The notes beneath the pieces are model-generated. The model did no database searches. It saw only the letters and a program-made list of their open reading frames with translations, and was not told the DNA's origin. The translations under genes were made by a program, and so were the position numbers. A stretch of DNA of 64,000 nt from a virus. The stretch lies in the IMG/VR virus record IMGVR_UViG_3300001765_000256, positions 71,013 through 135,012 of that record; one strand, written 5' to 3'. Shown one piece after another: positions 48,741 to 57,162 of the stretch; position 1 is the first letter of the stretch; every line of letters starts with the position of its first letter.

Positions 48741-48980
48741 CTAATCAACGCCCACTTTACTGTGGGTTTTGTTTTTTGTATCATACCCCAGCGATTCATT
48801 AAGACTCCTTAGTAATGTCCACCGTAACCTACGACCGAGACTATCTGCTATATAGATTTTTATTTGATAATCTACGCCATTCCTTAACCTCTCCCTTAGA
48901 TTAAATCCAATAGTGTCAGATATAAGTATATCTAAATCTACACGTAATCTACTCTCTAGCTTATTTTTTGACGGAATCAT
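48741..48980 (-). CDS. small Leu-periodic paralog family protein
   Basis: KLESRLRVDLDILISDTIGFNLRERL. Confidence 0.55.
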   Translation of the reverse strand: MIPSKNKLESRLRVDLDILISDTIGFNLRERLRNGVDYQIKIYIADSLGRRLRWTLLRSLNESLGYDTKNKTHSKVGVD

Positions 48981-49161
48981 TCACAGCCTCTATATCTCTT
49001 ATAATTCTAACCGACAATCTTTGGTTTAATCTCGCATCTAACCTGTTCCATACACGACTACCTAAAATATTCCATAACTTAGTCCATAGCCAGCTATCAA
49101 CCTTAATATCTTTTGGCTTACTAATAAACTGCCTTGTTAATTCGTCACCCATTATTTTCAT
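48961..49161 (-). CDS. small Leu-periodic paralog family protein
   Basis: DSWLWTKLWNILGSRVWNRLDARL; start reassigned to ATG after GGTGG. Confidence 0.55.
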   Translation of the reverse strand: MKIMGDELTRQFISKPKDIKVDSWLWTKLWNILGSRVWNRLDARLNQRLSVRIIRDIEAVNDSVKK

Positions 49162-49351
49162 TAATACCACCAATAGTACTTCGTAATTCATCGTCCAGTA
49201 TATCACCAAGCCCATCACTTAACCGACTACTTAACGACATATTTAAAAAAATCCATAACTGAATCCTTAACTCACTGTCCAGCTGGACACCTAACTTATT
49301 ATACAATAAATTATCTAACCCATTACTTAATATGCCGTTGAGATTATACAT
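49145..49351 (-). CDS. small Leu-periodic paralog family protein
   Basis: ILSNGLDNLLYNKLGVQLDSELRIQLW; GGAG RBS within 27-bp repeat. Confidence 0.6.
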   Translation of the reverse strand: MYNLNGILSNGLDNLLYNKLGVQLDSELRIQLWIFLNMSLSSRLSDGLGDILDDELRSTIGGINENNG

Positions 49352-49565
49352 CAGTATTCTCCATACTACTTAGTAATCCGTATATTAATGGATCTTCTAA
49401 CTCTACATGTAATCGACCATTTATCTCATTTACTAACTGAATCCATACATAACTTCGTAATTTATCCATCAGATTATCAACTAAATGACCGCTCAACTGA
49501 ACATCTATTGACTTGTATAAAATCCATGATAAATTTCTCCCTAGTCCACCATTCAAATCATCCAT
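49344..49565 (-). CDS. small Leu-periodic paralog family protein
   Basis: NLMDKLRSYVWIQLVNEI; ends LLSSMENTDV. Confidence 0.6.
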   Translation of the reverse strand: MDDLNGGLGRNLSWILYKSIDVQLSGHLVDNLMDKLRSYVWIQLVNEINGRLHVELEDPLIYGLLSSMENTDV

Positions 49566-49589
49566 CAGTATTCTCCATACTACTTAGTA
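49349..49589. repeat. 27-bp exact direct repeat at gene junctions
   Basis: CATCAGTATTCTCCATACTACTTAGTA at 49349-49375 and 49563-49589; on minus strand contains RBS and start codon. Confidence 0.85.
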
Positions 49590-49773
49590 TACCACTTTCT
49601 AGCTCGACATCTAATCGATCACAAACACCGTCTTCTAGTGTTTTCCATAATTTATTTGATATTGCATGACCTAAATAAAACCTTAAACTTATAGATAGAT
49701 TATTCTTTAGATTTAATCGTAACAGCTGATCGGTATCATATAGCTCTTCAGGTATCTTTCCTATTCTTCTCAT
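49558..49773 (-). CDS. small Leu-periodic paralog family protein
   Basis: ISNKLWKTLEDGVCDRLDVEL; ends ILSSMENTDG. Confidence 0.6.
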   Translation of the reverse strand: MRRIGKIPEELYDTDQLLRLNLKNNLSISLRFYLGHAISNKLWKTLEDGVCDRLDVELESGILSSMENTDG

Positions 49774-49945
49774 TTATATCCTTAACTAACTGCTCTATCA
49801 GATTATTAAAAGTTATCTTAAAGTTTACATCATTATATATACGATGAAGTATACTGTAGTGAATATCTACCCCAACAATTAGATGCCTCATAGACATCAT
49901 ACGATCAGAGGCATTACGCATAGACGTATATATTTTCATATCCAT
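49748..49945 (-). CDS. hypothetical protein
   Basis: 65-aa coupled ORF. Confidence 0.5.
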   Translation of the reverse strand: MDMKIYTSMRNASDRMMSMRHLIVGVDIHYSILHRIYNDVNFKITFNNLIEQLVKDINEKNRKDT

Positions 49946-50136
49946 TAGTTAACATTCCCATCAGATTCAATACGCTCAATCTGAGCCTCAAGTATTTGGA
50001 TCTTTCTATTAAGAATGCGCATTTTTGATTGAGTTTCTACCAATATTCGACCATATTCTGCCATTTCGATGGTATAATCCATATGTTTACCAGATAATTG
50101 ATCTAAAAGATCCTCTTTTTTTCTACTTTTCTTCAT
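49945..50136 (-). CDS. hypothetical coiled-coil protein
   Basis: 63-aa coupled ORF. Confidence 0.55.
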   Translation of the reverse strand: MKKSRKKEDLLDQLSGKHMDYTIEMAEYGRILVETQSKMRILNRKIQILEAQIERIESDGNVN

Positions 50137-50341
50137 TGGACACCCCAGCAGAATAGCTATTTAGCTTGTTATACATAGTCTTAAGGCTTACACCTAGAAT
50201 TTTAGCAGCAGCACTCTTATTTCCATTTACATACAAAAGTACCTGTTTAATGTACTCCTCTTCAATTTTAGCCAGTGTTGGTAATTTTTGCGCATTGTCT
50301 ACTTGTGTAGATTTTTCATCTACGGTATTATTTACATTCAT
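50123..50341 (-). CDS. stand-alone Fis/NtrC-type HTH DNA-binding protein
   Basis: LPTLAKIEEEYIKQVL..NGNKSAAAKILGVSLKTMYNKL. Confidence 0.9.
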   Translation of the reverse strand: MNVNNTVDEKSTQVDNAQKLPTLAKIEEEYIKQVLLYVNGNKSAAAKILGVSLKTMYNKLNSYSAGVSNEEK

Positions 50342-50350
50342 ATATTATCC

Positions 50351-50638
50351 TTATTTATTAAACTTATCTACAGATGCAACCATAGAAACAGTAGAATCTG
50401 TACTGCTTTTTTTAATATCAAAACCGAACTGCTCAAGTTCCTTGCCTACAATATCCAATAAGATACTCTTATCCTTATCAAAAGTAAAAGTAATAGTGTA
50501 ATCCTCCATCTTATCTATAGTGTCAAAGATATATGTACGCATCTTGGTTAACATGGCTAACCCTTCAGTAGCTCTAGCGTCTTTGGCCCTCTTTTTTCTA
50601 TCTTTAATCATATCGAACACCTCTTTAGCCTTTTTCAT
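50351..50638 (-). CDS. hypothetical protein
   Basis: Start reassigned to ATG 50638 after GGAGGTG RBS; minus-strand TTGTAT-N17-TAATAT promoter upstream. Confidence 0.65.
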   Translation of the reverse strand: MKKAKEVFDMIKDRKKRAKDARATEGLAMLTKMRTYIFDTIDKMEDYTITFTFDKDKSILLDIVGKELEQFGFDIKKSSTDSTVSMVASVDKFNK

Positions 50639-50732
50639 AATCACCTCCAATAAATACATATTACATTATTAATATAAAAAATACAAGTCTTTTGTAAAAT
50701 AAACAATCCGTACTAGAAAATACCAATAAAAA

Positions 50733-50757
50733 CAATAAGTTGTAATAAAAACTTAAT
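50733..50757 (+). promoter_or_regulatory. putative late promoter motif, copy 6
   Basis: CAATAAGTTG-TAATA-AAAACTTAAT upstream of capsid operon. Confidence 0.7.
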
Positions 50758-50825
50758 CGTGTATTTGTAATAAGGTAATACTTTGCCTTTAAATATACAG
50801 TTAATTAACTAAAAAAGGAGTTATA

Positions 50826-51299
50826 ATGTCTGCAATTAGTAAATCACAAGCGATTATGCGAGAACTTAAAGAGCGTCTAGCTAAAAAGATGCCTTCTACT
50901 TACGTTTTGAGCGAATCAGCTGACGCAAATGGATCAATTTTATTGATTTCCGCTGATGCTACACCTATTGCTGGAGAGCAAGTTATTGCTATCCGTATCT
51001 TAGGTGAACAAACAGCTTTTAAAGATGTTTTAGGATCTGCACAAAAAGTGTATGCTCCACTTAGAGCACAAGTAATTGAAGAATCTTCTACTATCAGTGG
51101 AGTTTCTCTAATCACTTTAGCTAACCGATTACATGTTGACCTTGAGTTAGCACGTATGGCCGTTAAACAAGAGCGATACATGAACGCTAACACAGCTGTT
51201 CCTGCTGTTTCTCAGTTTGCTGCTGACGGTTCTGTATCATCTTCTACAAAGATTGCATCTTTGGCTGCTGATATGTACTGGCCTTTATCTGGACAATAA
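50826..51299 (+). CDS. putative capsid-associated (decoration) protein
   Basis: AGGAG RBS, high-expression codon bias (GCT/TCT), first gene of capsid operon. Confidence 0.55.
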   Translation: MSAISKSQAIMRELKERLAKKMPSTYVLSESADANGSILLISADATPIAGEQVIAIRILGEQTAFKDVLGSAQKVYAPLRAQVIEESSTISGVSLITLANRLHVDLELARMAVKQERYMNANTAVPAVSQFAADGSVSSSTKIASLAADMYWPLSGQ

Positions 51300-51336
51300 T
51301 TAAACGTCAAGAACTCAACAACTTAAAGGAGTTAAA

Positions 51337-52194
51337 ATGAGCTTAGATATAAACAAGCTGCTTGACGAAGTAGAAGCCGATGTAAAAAGGCTTCTAAAAT
51401 CTGCACAGGATGATGCAGCTTCTCTTAAGAAAGCAGAAGACGAAGAATCCAAAAAGGAAGAGTCTAAAAAAGAAGAATCCAAAAAGGAAGAGTCTAAAAA
51501 AGAAGAATCCAAAATGGAAAAAGCTGACGAAGAAGGTTCTGGATACGAAACACAAGCTCCTGAAGCTAGTGCTGAAGCAGAACAACAACCTGAAGCTGAT
51601 ATGCAACAAGACCAACCTGCACAAGAAGAGAATATGGAAGATATTTCTCAGATCGTTCAAGGTCTTGATGACGATATGTTACATGAACTTTATCAAAAAA
51701 TTAAGATGGAGTTAATGGGACGTATGAACAATAAAGGTGATCAAGCTCCTGAAATGTCTCAAGAAGCGCAAGCTCCTGAAATGTCTCAAGATGCACAACC
51801 ATCTCCTGACTTAGCTATGAAATCTGAAAAGGAAACTTTTGAGAAATTAAGCAAAGCAGAAACTGACCTTAAGAATAAAGACGAAGAAATCAACAAACTT
51901 AAAAAGTCTGTTGAAGACTACGAAAAAGGTCTTTCTGAGATGACAGATATGTTAAAAACTGTACTTGAGAAACCTGTTCAACGCGCTCTTACTGATATTA
52001 CTTTTGTTGCTAAGGAAGAAGGACTTAAAAAGTCTGAAGGCCTTACTGATGAAGAGATCAAAAAAGCAGTTGATTCCATTTCTAGCGACCGTAAAAAGTT
52101 GCAAACCCTAGCTAAAGGTGAGTTTGATGTAATTCAAGACTTTTATGCTGGTAAAAACGTAAAAGATAAAGTTATTAAATTAATTAACAAATAA
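51337..52194 (+). CDS. putative capsid scaffolding protein
   Basis: Acidic coiled coil directly upstream of MCP; many LKKA/LKKS/MKSE motifs; KKEES repeats. Confidence 0.7.
   Translation: MSLDINKLLDEVEADVKRLLKSAQDDAASLKKAEDEESKKEESKKEESKKEESKKEESKMEKADEEGSGYETQAPEASAEAEQQPEADMQQDQPAQEENMEDISQIVQGLDDDMLHELYQKIKMELMGRMNNKGDQAPEMSQEAQAPEMSQDAQPSPDLAMKSEKETFEKLSKAETDLKNKDEEINKLKKSVEDYEKGLSEMTDMLKTVLEKPVQRALTDITFVAKEEGLKKSEGLTDEEIKKAVDSISSDRKKLQTLAKGEFDVIQDFYAGKNVKDKVIKLINK
51442..51513 (+). repeat. in-frame tandem repeat encoding EESKK
   Basis: 30-bp unit GAAGAATCCAAAAAGGAAGAGTCTAAAAAA about 2.4 copies. Confidence 0.85.
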
Positions 52195-52208
52195 TAAAGG
52201 AGAATATC

Positions 52209-53591
52209 GTGTTAGATAAAATTCAAGAACTAAAAAAGGCGTTGGAAGCTGGCAATTATAATGCCGCTCCTGGCTCATTAACTCAAGGATCTGCCCTTCA
52301 AATGGAAGATCTTTCAAACATTATGAATGTTGCTACATTCCAAGATAGCGCAATTAAGTTGCAAAAAGAACTAAAAGTTGTTCCTGCTAAAGGTACTCTT
52401 GTTCAGTTCAATAGACAACTTGATTACGGTGTTTTCGGTGGATCTGCTGTACTAGAAGGTGCAGTCGGTCAAGAAGAGACTAGCAATATCGCTCGTATTG
52501 TTGTTCCTATGTCTTACTATGTACATGTTCGACGTGTTACATTACAGTCAGAAATGGTTCAAACATTCGACGGTGTTAAAGCTCAAGACCGTGTTGCTGC
52601 TGATGCTGCTATTAAATTAGCTGCTGATATCGAATTCCACCTTTTCCGCGGTAAATCAGCTTATTCTAATGCTGGATTATTCGATGGAAATCCTTTAGCT
52701 GCTTCTGAATTAGAGCCTGGAATGCATGGTCTTGATATGCAAATCAGACAATCTGATTCTCAATCAAACGCTAAAGATCTTATGTTCCAAGAATATGGAG
52801 CAGATACTTCAGTTGCTATCAACCAAAATGGTGTTCTTACTCAATCTACTATTGAAGACATCTATAGCCGAGCACAAATGAATCATGGTTCACCTGAGAA
52901 GATTTACCTTGATCCTTTGACTCATGGAGCTTATAACAAAGTTGCTCATGGTAAAGAAAGAATCGTTCTTGCTGGTTCACCTCAGCATGCTACTGGTGCT
53001 CAGTTGAAAGAACAATGGGTTGCTGGTGGAGCTATCTCTATCGAATCTAGCCGTTTCTTGTCTGGAAAGACAGCTCCTGCTCGTCCTCGATTGAACACTC
53101 CTAATCTTCCTACTATTGCTACAGCTGTTGCTGCTAGTTCTACTAGCTTCATCGCTGCTGAAGTTTATTCTTACAAAGTTACTGCTTGTAACGAAGTTGG
53201 TGAGTCTGTTGCTTCTTTAGCTGCTTCTGCTACTATCGTTAACAACGGTGAGCAAGTAAACGTAACTATCACTCCTGCTGCTGGCATCTCTGCATTGTAT
53301 TTCAATGTATACCGATCACTTGCTGGTGGATCTGCTGTTAAGTTTATTGGCCGTGTAAAGAATAGCGGAGCTGCTACTACCGTATTTAATGACCTAAATG
53401 GTAGACAACCTGCTTTCGTAACGGGTCTTGCACTTGATTTCCGCGGAATCGAAATAAATGAGCTATCTCCGTTTAAATCTACCGAGTTGGCAAAAACTGA
53501 TCTTACTACTCCACAAGCGTTTTATCGCTTTTGCGCAGTGTCTGCTAAGTTACCTCGATTCTCTATGTTAATCGACAACTTGACTCAGTAA
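52209..53591 (+). CDS. major capsid protein
   Basis: LKKALEAG..GSALQMEDL N-terminus, DIEFHLFRG, HGLDMQI; strong codon bias; followed by terminator. Confidence 0.88.
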   Translation: MLDKIQELKKALEAGNYNAAPGSLTQGSALQMEDLSNIMNVATFQDSAIKLQKELKVVPAKGTLVQFNRQLDYGVFGGSAVLEGAVGQEETSNIARIVVPMSYYVHVRRVTLQSEMVQTFDGVKAQDRVAADAAIKLAADIEFHLFRGKSAYSNAGLFDGNPLAASELEPGMHGLDMQIRQSDSQSNAKDLMFQEYGADTSVAINQNGVLTQSTIEDIYSRAQMNHGSPEKIYLDPLTHGAYNKVAHGKERIVLAGSPQHATGAQLKEQWVAGGAISIESSRFLSGKTAPARPRLNTPNLPTIATAVAASSTSFIAAEVYSYKVTACNEVGESVASLAASATIVNNGEQVNVTITPAAGISALYFNVYRSLAGGSAVKFIGRVKNSGAATTVFNDLNGRQPAFVTGLALDFRGIEINELSPFKSTELAKTDLTTPQAFYRFCAVSAKLPRFSMLIDNLTQ

Positions 53592-53621
53592 TCATAATAC
53601 TGAAATATACTGAATAAATGT

Positions 53622-53651
53622 AACCCAGGGTTAAAATCCTGGGTTTTTTAT
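53622..53651 (+). terminator. rho-independent terminator after capsid gene
   Basis: AACCCAGG-gttaaaat-CCTGGGTT followed by T-run. Confidence 0.85.
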
Positions 53652-53662
53652 TTTTAAGTGTC

Positions 53663-53691
53663 TTGACTTAAATAGTCATATATATTATAAT
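53663..53691 (+). promoter_or_regulatory. sigma70-type promoter (leaderless transcript)
   Basis: TTGACT-N17-TATAAT, ATG 6 nt downstream. Confidence 0.75.
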
Positions 53692-53697
53692 ATTAAG

Positions 53698-55155
53698 ATG
53701 TTTGATTTAGATATGCTTAAAAAAATGGCAGAAACTCTATATTTAGAAGAGATGGCAAGGCAGCTTGATGTAAAAGCAGGTACACTGAGATATCATCTTA
53801 AGAAAAATAATATACCACTGATAAACGGTAGATCTAATCTTGACGACAAACTAAAGACTCAAATCTTGAAATTGGTTGATCAAGGTATGTACGGAACACA
53901 GATAGCTAAACACCTTAATATATCACAACAAAATGTTAGATATTTCTTATCAACTAATAACATAAATGTGTCTAATGGAATTAAAGCACCGCGAGTGTCT
54001 GAAGATAAGAATAACTTGATAAGAAAATTAGCAGCAGAAGGTTTTAATAAAACCCAGATAGGGAAAAAATTAGGTGTTAGCAGGGAGTATATAGTTAAGT
54101 ATTGCCAAACCAATATGATTACTCTGACTAAAGGTACTTTTAGAAAGTATACTAAAGATGATGCAGCTAAAAAACTTAATCCAAAAATGAAACTTACAGG
54201 CAATGAATCTAAAGGTTTTTATGAGGTTCAGTGTAAAGTGCATCCAGAAGTTATCAGGAATAGACCTGTGTTTGACCTAGATCAAGGGTGTCCACAATGT
54301 ATAACTCATTGCAATTCTAAAGCACAAACTGAGATTAAAGAATGGGTAGAATCTTTAGGTTTAACAGTAGTAGAAAACTTTAAAATTGATAGAAAACATA
54401 TTGACATATATATACCATCTCTTAACCTAGGCATAGAGTATAATGGCTTATACTGGCATTCAGAAGAGTATAAGAAAAGCACTTACCATAAAGATAAACT
54501 TACCTTAGCTAACGAAAACGGCATTAGGCTTATTACTATATTTGAGGATGAATGGGAAAACCGACAGGATCAAGTGAAATCATTTCTTATGTCCATCCTG
54601 TCTAAAAGCGAACATACATTACAAGCACGTAAATTAGTCATAAAAGAAATCGATCATAAAACTGCGGCCAACTTCTATGACATGTATCACATACAAGGTA
54701 AACCTAGAAGCAAATTGATATCTTTTGGCCTAATGAATAATGATGAACTCATAGGTTTAACATCAGGATCACAACATCACAGAAATAATAAAGAGTTTGT
54801 ATTATCAAGGTTAGTTTTTAAGACAGGATACAGAATCAACGGTGGAGCTTCAAGGTTAATATCTGCACTTAAAGACTGGGCTAAAATAAATGGATATTCT
54901 AAGATAATCTCATGGTCAGATAATAGATGGTCTGAGGGTAACGTTTACAGTCAGACAGGATTTATCTTAGACGAAGAACTAGATCCTGATTACAGCTATG
55001 TTAGAAATGGTATCAGATCCTCTAAACAATCTAAACAAAAAAAGAACTTAATTAAAGAAGGTGCTGTAGGTAATACTGAGTATGAAATGGCACTTTACCT
55101 GGGATATTCCAGGATATACGATTGCGGTAAAAAAAGATGGGTTTTTTATTTTTAA
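53698..55155 (+). CDS. free-standing homing-type endonuclease (three HTH repeats + PD-(D/E)XK-like + GNAT-like C-terminus)
   Basis: EMARQLDV, QIAKHLNIS, QIGKKLGVS; IDIYIPSLNLGIEYNGLYWHS; GGASRL..SWSDNRWS..RIYDCG. Confidence 0.75.
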   Translation: MFDLDMLKKMAETLYLEEMARQLDVKAGTLRYHLKKNNIPLINGRSNLDDKLKTQILKLVDQGMYGTQIAKHLNISQQNVRYFLSTNNINVSNGIKAPRVSEDKNNLIRKLAAEGFNKTQIGKKLGVSREYIVKYCQTNMITLTKGTFRKYTKDDAAKKLNPKMKLTGNESKGFYEVQCKVHPEVIRNRPVFDLDQGCPQCITHCNSKAQTEIKEWVESLGLTVVENFKIDRKHIDIYIPSLNLGIEYNGLYWHSEEYKKSTYHKDKLTLANENGIRLITIFEDEWENRQDQVKSFLMSILSKSEHTLQARKLVIKEIDHKTAANFYDMYHIQGKPRSKLISFGLMNNDELIGLTSGSQHHRNNKEFVLSRLVFKTGYRINGGASRLISALKDWAKINGYSKIISWSDNRWSEGNVYSQTGFILDEELDPDYSYVRNGIRSSKQSKQKKNLIKEGAVGNTEYEMALYLGYSRIYDCGKKRWVFYF

Positions 55156-55157
55156 AC

Positions 55158-55367
55158 TTACTTATCAGTAATCTTTATGTCTTCATCTAGAGCGTCCTTT
55201 AATGTAGATAACAAATTATTAGTTATTTTATCAACTAGCTTATATCCTAACCTACTCCAGATACTACTGTCTATGCGACCGTCTAGTTTGCCACCTAGCT
55301 TGAAAGCTAAAATACTATTTAATTCATTATGTAATTTACCGGCTAATTTCTTATACGTCATACTCAT
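55158..55367 (-). CDS. small Leu-periodic paralog family protein
   Basis: KLDGRIDSSIWSRLGYKLVDKI; GAGGTG RBS. Confidence 0.6.
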   Translation of the reverse strand: MSMTYKKLAGKLHNELNSILAFKLGGKLDGRIDSSIWSRLGYKLVDKITNNLLSTLKDALDEDIKITDK

Positions 55368-55423
55368 CCATCACCTCATATATATTAATAGTATCATAAT
55401 AAAATAAATAATCAACCAGTATA

Positions 55424-55451
55424 TTGACTTTTGTATCAAAATGGTATATAA
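55424..55451 (+). promoter_or_regulatory. sigma70-type promoter, identical copy at 58653
   Basis: TTGACTTTTGTATCAAAATGGTATATA at 55424 and 58653. Confidence 0.7.
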
Positions 55452-55471
55452 CACCAATACGGAGTAGATGT

Positions 55472-56035
55472 ATGCAATTAATAAGCCTAGACCTAGAATT
55501 AAACCAGCCAAGTCGTAAAATTATCCAATTAGGGTATGTTATTTTTAATGTAAAAAATTGGAAAACACTACAGGCCAGAAGTTTATTTATAAATCCAAAC
55601 GAACCTATTGCTCCAGAGATCACACAGCTTACAGGTATAGATGATAGTATGGTTACTACAGGGATGACGCTAAATCAGGCATACGAAACAATGATTGAAG
55701 ATATGAAGAAACATCAAGTCACCCATCACCCAGTTCAGTGGGGAACTGATCATATTGAAATAAGAAGTCAACTAGAAATACCATGGTCTGACTTTATTTT
55801 TAAAGTTAGGGATCATGATATTAAGTCGCTGTTTCAGCTACTACAGGCTCCACTTCCAAACAGTAAAACTGTAGCAGGACTAGGTAAGGCTATAAGCATT
55901 CTAGGTGGACAATGGGATTATAAATACGGAAAACCCCACGATGCTTTGGCAGATGCATATAATACAATGCTTATATATAAGATGTTAGCCAACAAGATGG
56001 TAACATACGAAAAGATGATGAAGGCGTTAAAATAA
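55472..56035 (+). CDS. DEDDh 3'-5' exonuclease
   Basis: SLDLELN, IIQLG, ITQLTGI, HDALADA; start reassigned to ATG 55472 after GGAG. Confidence 0.9.
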   Translation: MQLISLDLELNQPSRKIIQLGYVIFNVKNWKTLQARSLFINPNEPIAPEITQLTGIDDSMVTTGMTLNQAYETMIEDMKKHQVTHHPVQWGTDHIEIRSQLEIPWSDFIFKVRDHDIKSLFQLLQAPLPNSKTVAGLGKAISILGGQWDYKYGKPHDALADAYNTMLIYKMLANKMVTYEKMMKALK

Positions 56036-56688
56036 TGAAATTAGTATTAATTAGTGATATTCATGGTAAATGGAGTAAGTTAAAGATACCTGATTGTGAT
56101 GTACTCATCTCGGCTGGAGACTATTCTTTTAAGGGTGAAACCCATATGGTTAAGGATTTCCATGCCTGGATGCATAAGCAACCAGCAACCCATATAATAA
56201 GCGTTCAAGGGAATCACGAACTAAAGGTTGAATCTAACTTTCAGGAAATGAAAGATCTTGCTCAGTCGGTATGCCCTAGGGTACATTTCATAGATGAAGG
56301 TGAAGTAATTATTGATGGTATTAAATTTTATGGATCTGCCATCACTCCGTTCTTTTTTAATTGGGCATGGAACAGATATAGAGGTGCAGATATTAAGCGT
56401 CATTGGGATAATATCCCTGATGATACTAATATATTAATCACACACGGACCTCCATACCAAATACTAGATATGATATATCAGGTTGATGGAGTCACTCCAA
56501 AAGAGCGAGTTGGATGCCAAGATTTATCTAACAGAATTAACGAGCTTAAAGATCTAAAGATGCACGTATTTGGACATATACATTCAGGTTCTGGAGAAAT
56601 GATGTTCAATAATGTTAAATATATTAATGCTAGTATATGCGACGAGCAGTATATGCCATCAAATCCAGTCAGAATCTTCGAGTTCTAA
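56035..56688 (+). CDS. calcineurin-like metallophosphoesterase
   Basis: SDIHG, AGDY, GNHE, THGPP, FGHIH. Confidence 0.92.
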   Translation: MKLVLISDIHGKWSKLKIPDCDVLISAGDYSFKGETHMVKDFHAWMHKQPATHIISVQGNHELKVESNFQEMKDLAQSVCPRVHFIDEGEVIIDGIKFYGSAITPFFFNWAWNRYRGADIKRHWDNIPDDTNILITHGPPYQILDMIYQVDGVTPKERVGCQDLSNRINELKDLKMHVFGHIHSGSGEMMFNNVKYINASICDEQYMPSNPVRIFEF

Positions 56689-56909
56689 TCCTGGATCCTA
56701 TGTTTATCCCACTCTAAAAATACAGATAAAGGATATTTCTTGCCAGCCTTTTTAGACTCAGTGTATGCATATAATGCAACAAGCATCTGTCCACTGTCAG
56801 GACTTTTATCGTATTTTTTAAAGTAAGGCTGTAATGCTTGAACTGCAAAGATTAAAAAAGCTGTAGCTATCAGCAATATAAAGACGTTATCCATAATTAA
56901 GTTAAACAT
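56685..56909 (-). CDS. small membrane protein
   Basis: N-terminal hydrophobic helix, AGGAG RBS. Confidence 0.6.
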   Translation of the reverse strand: MFNLIMDNVFILLIATAFLIFAVQALQPYFKKYDKSPDSGQMLVALYAYTESKKAGKKYPLSVFLEWDKHRIQD

Positions 56910-57162
56910 TTACGACTCCTTTTGTTATTGTTAGTATTCCATTTACATCAAAGATCGCCATATTTCTATTATACATATTAATCTCCTCCAGTGCAATAGC
57001 CATCTCACTTCTGTCAACACCGTAATCTTCAAGTAGTGTAACCATATCTATCATGTATCCATTAAAAGAAAGATCACCATCTTCTTTGTAGATATATGCG
57101 CTGCAATTCTTCTTATCTAACCCATCAACCACAAGTATATATTTACCGCTTAATTCACCCAT
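56902..57162 (-). CDS. hypothetical protein
   Basis: GAGGTG RBS, coupled ORF. Confidence 0.6.
   Translation of the reverse strand: MGELSGKYILVVDGLDKKNCSAYIYKEDGDLSFNGYMIDMVTLLEDYGVDRSEMAIALEEINMYNRNMAIFDVNGILTITKGVVNV

Noticed and set aside
48741-49773. Small-gene array as a diversity-generating retroelement or integron
   Set aside because: No reverse transcriptase or integrase in window, no A-specific TR/VR pair, no attC-like palindromes
51442-51792. EESKK and QAPEMSQ repeats as CRISPR or regulatory repeats
   Set aside because: In-frame low-complexity coding repeats within the scaffold gene
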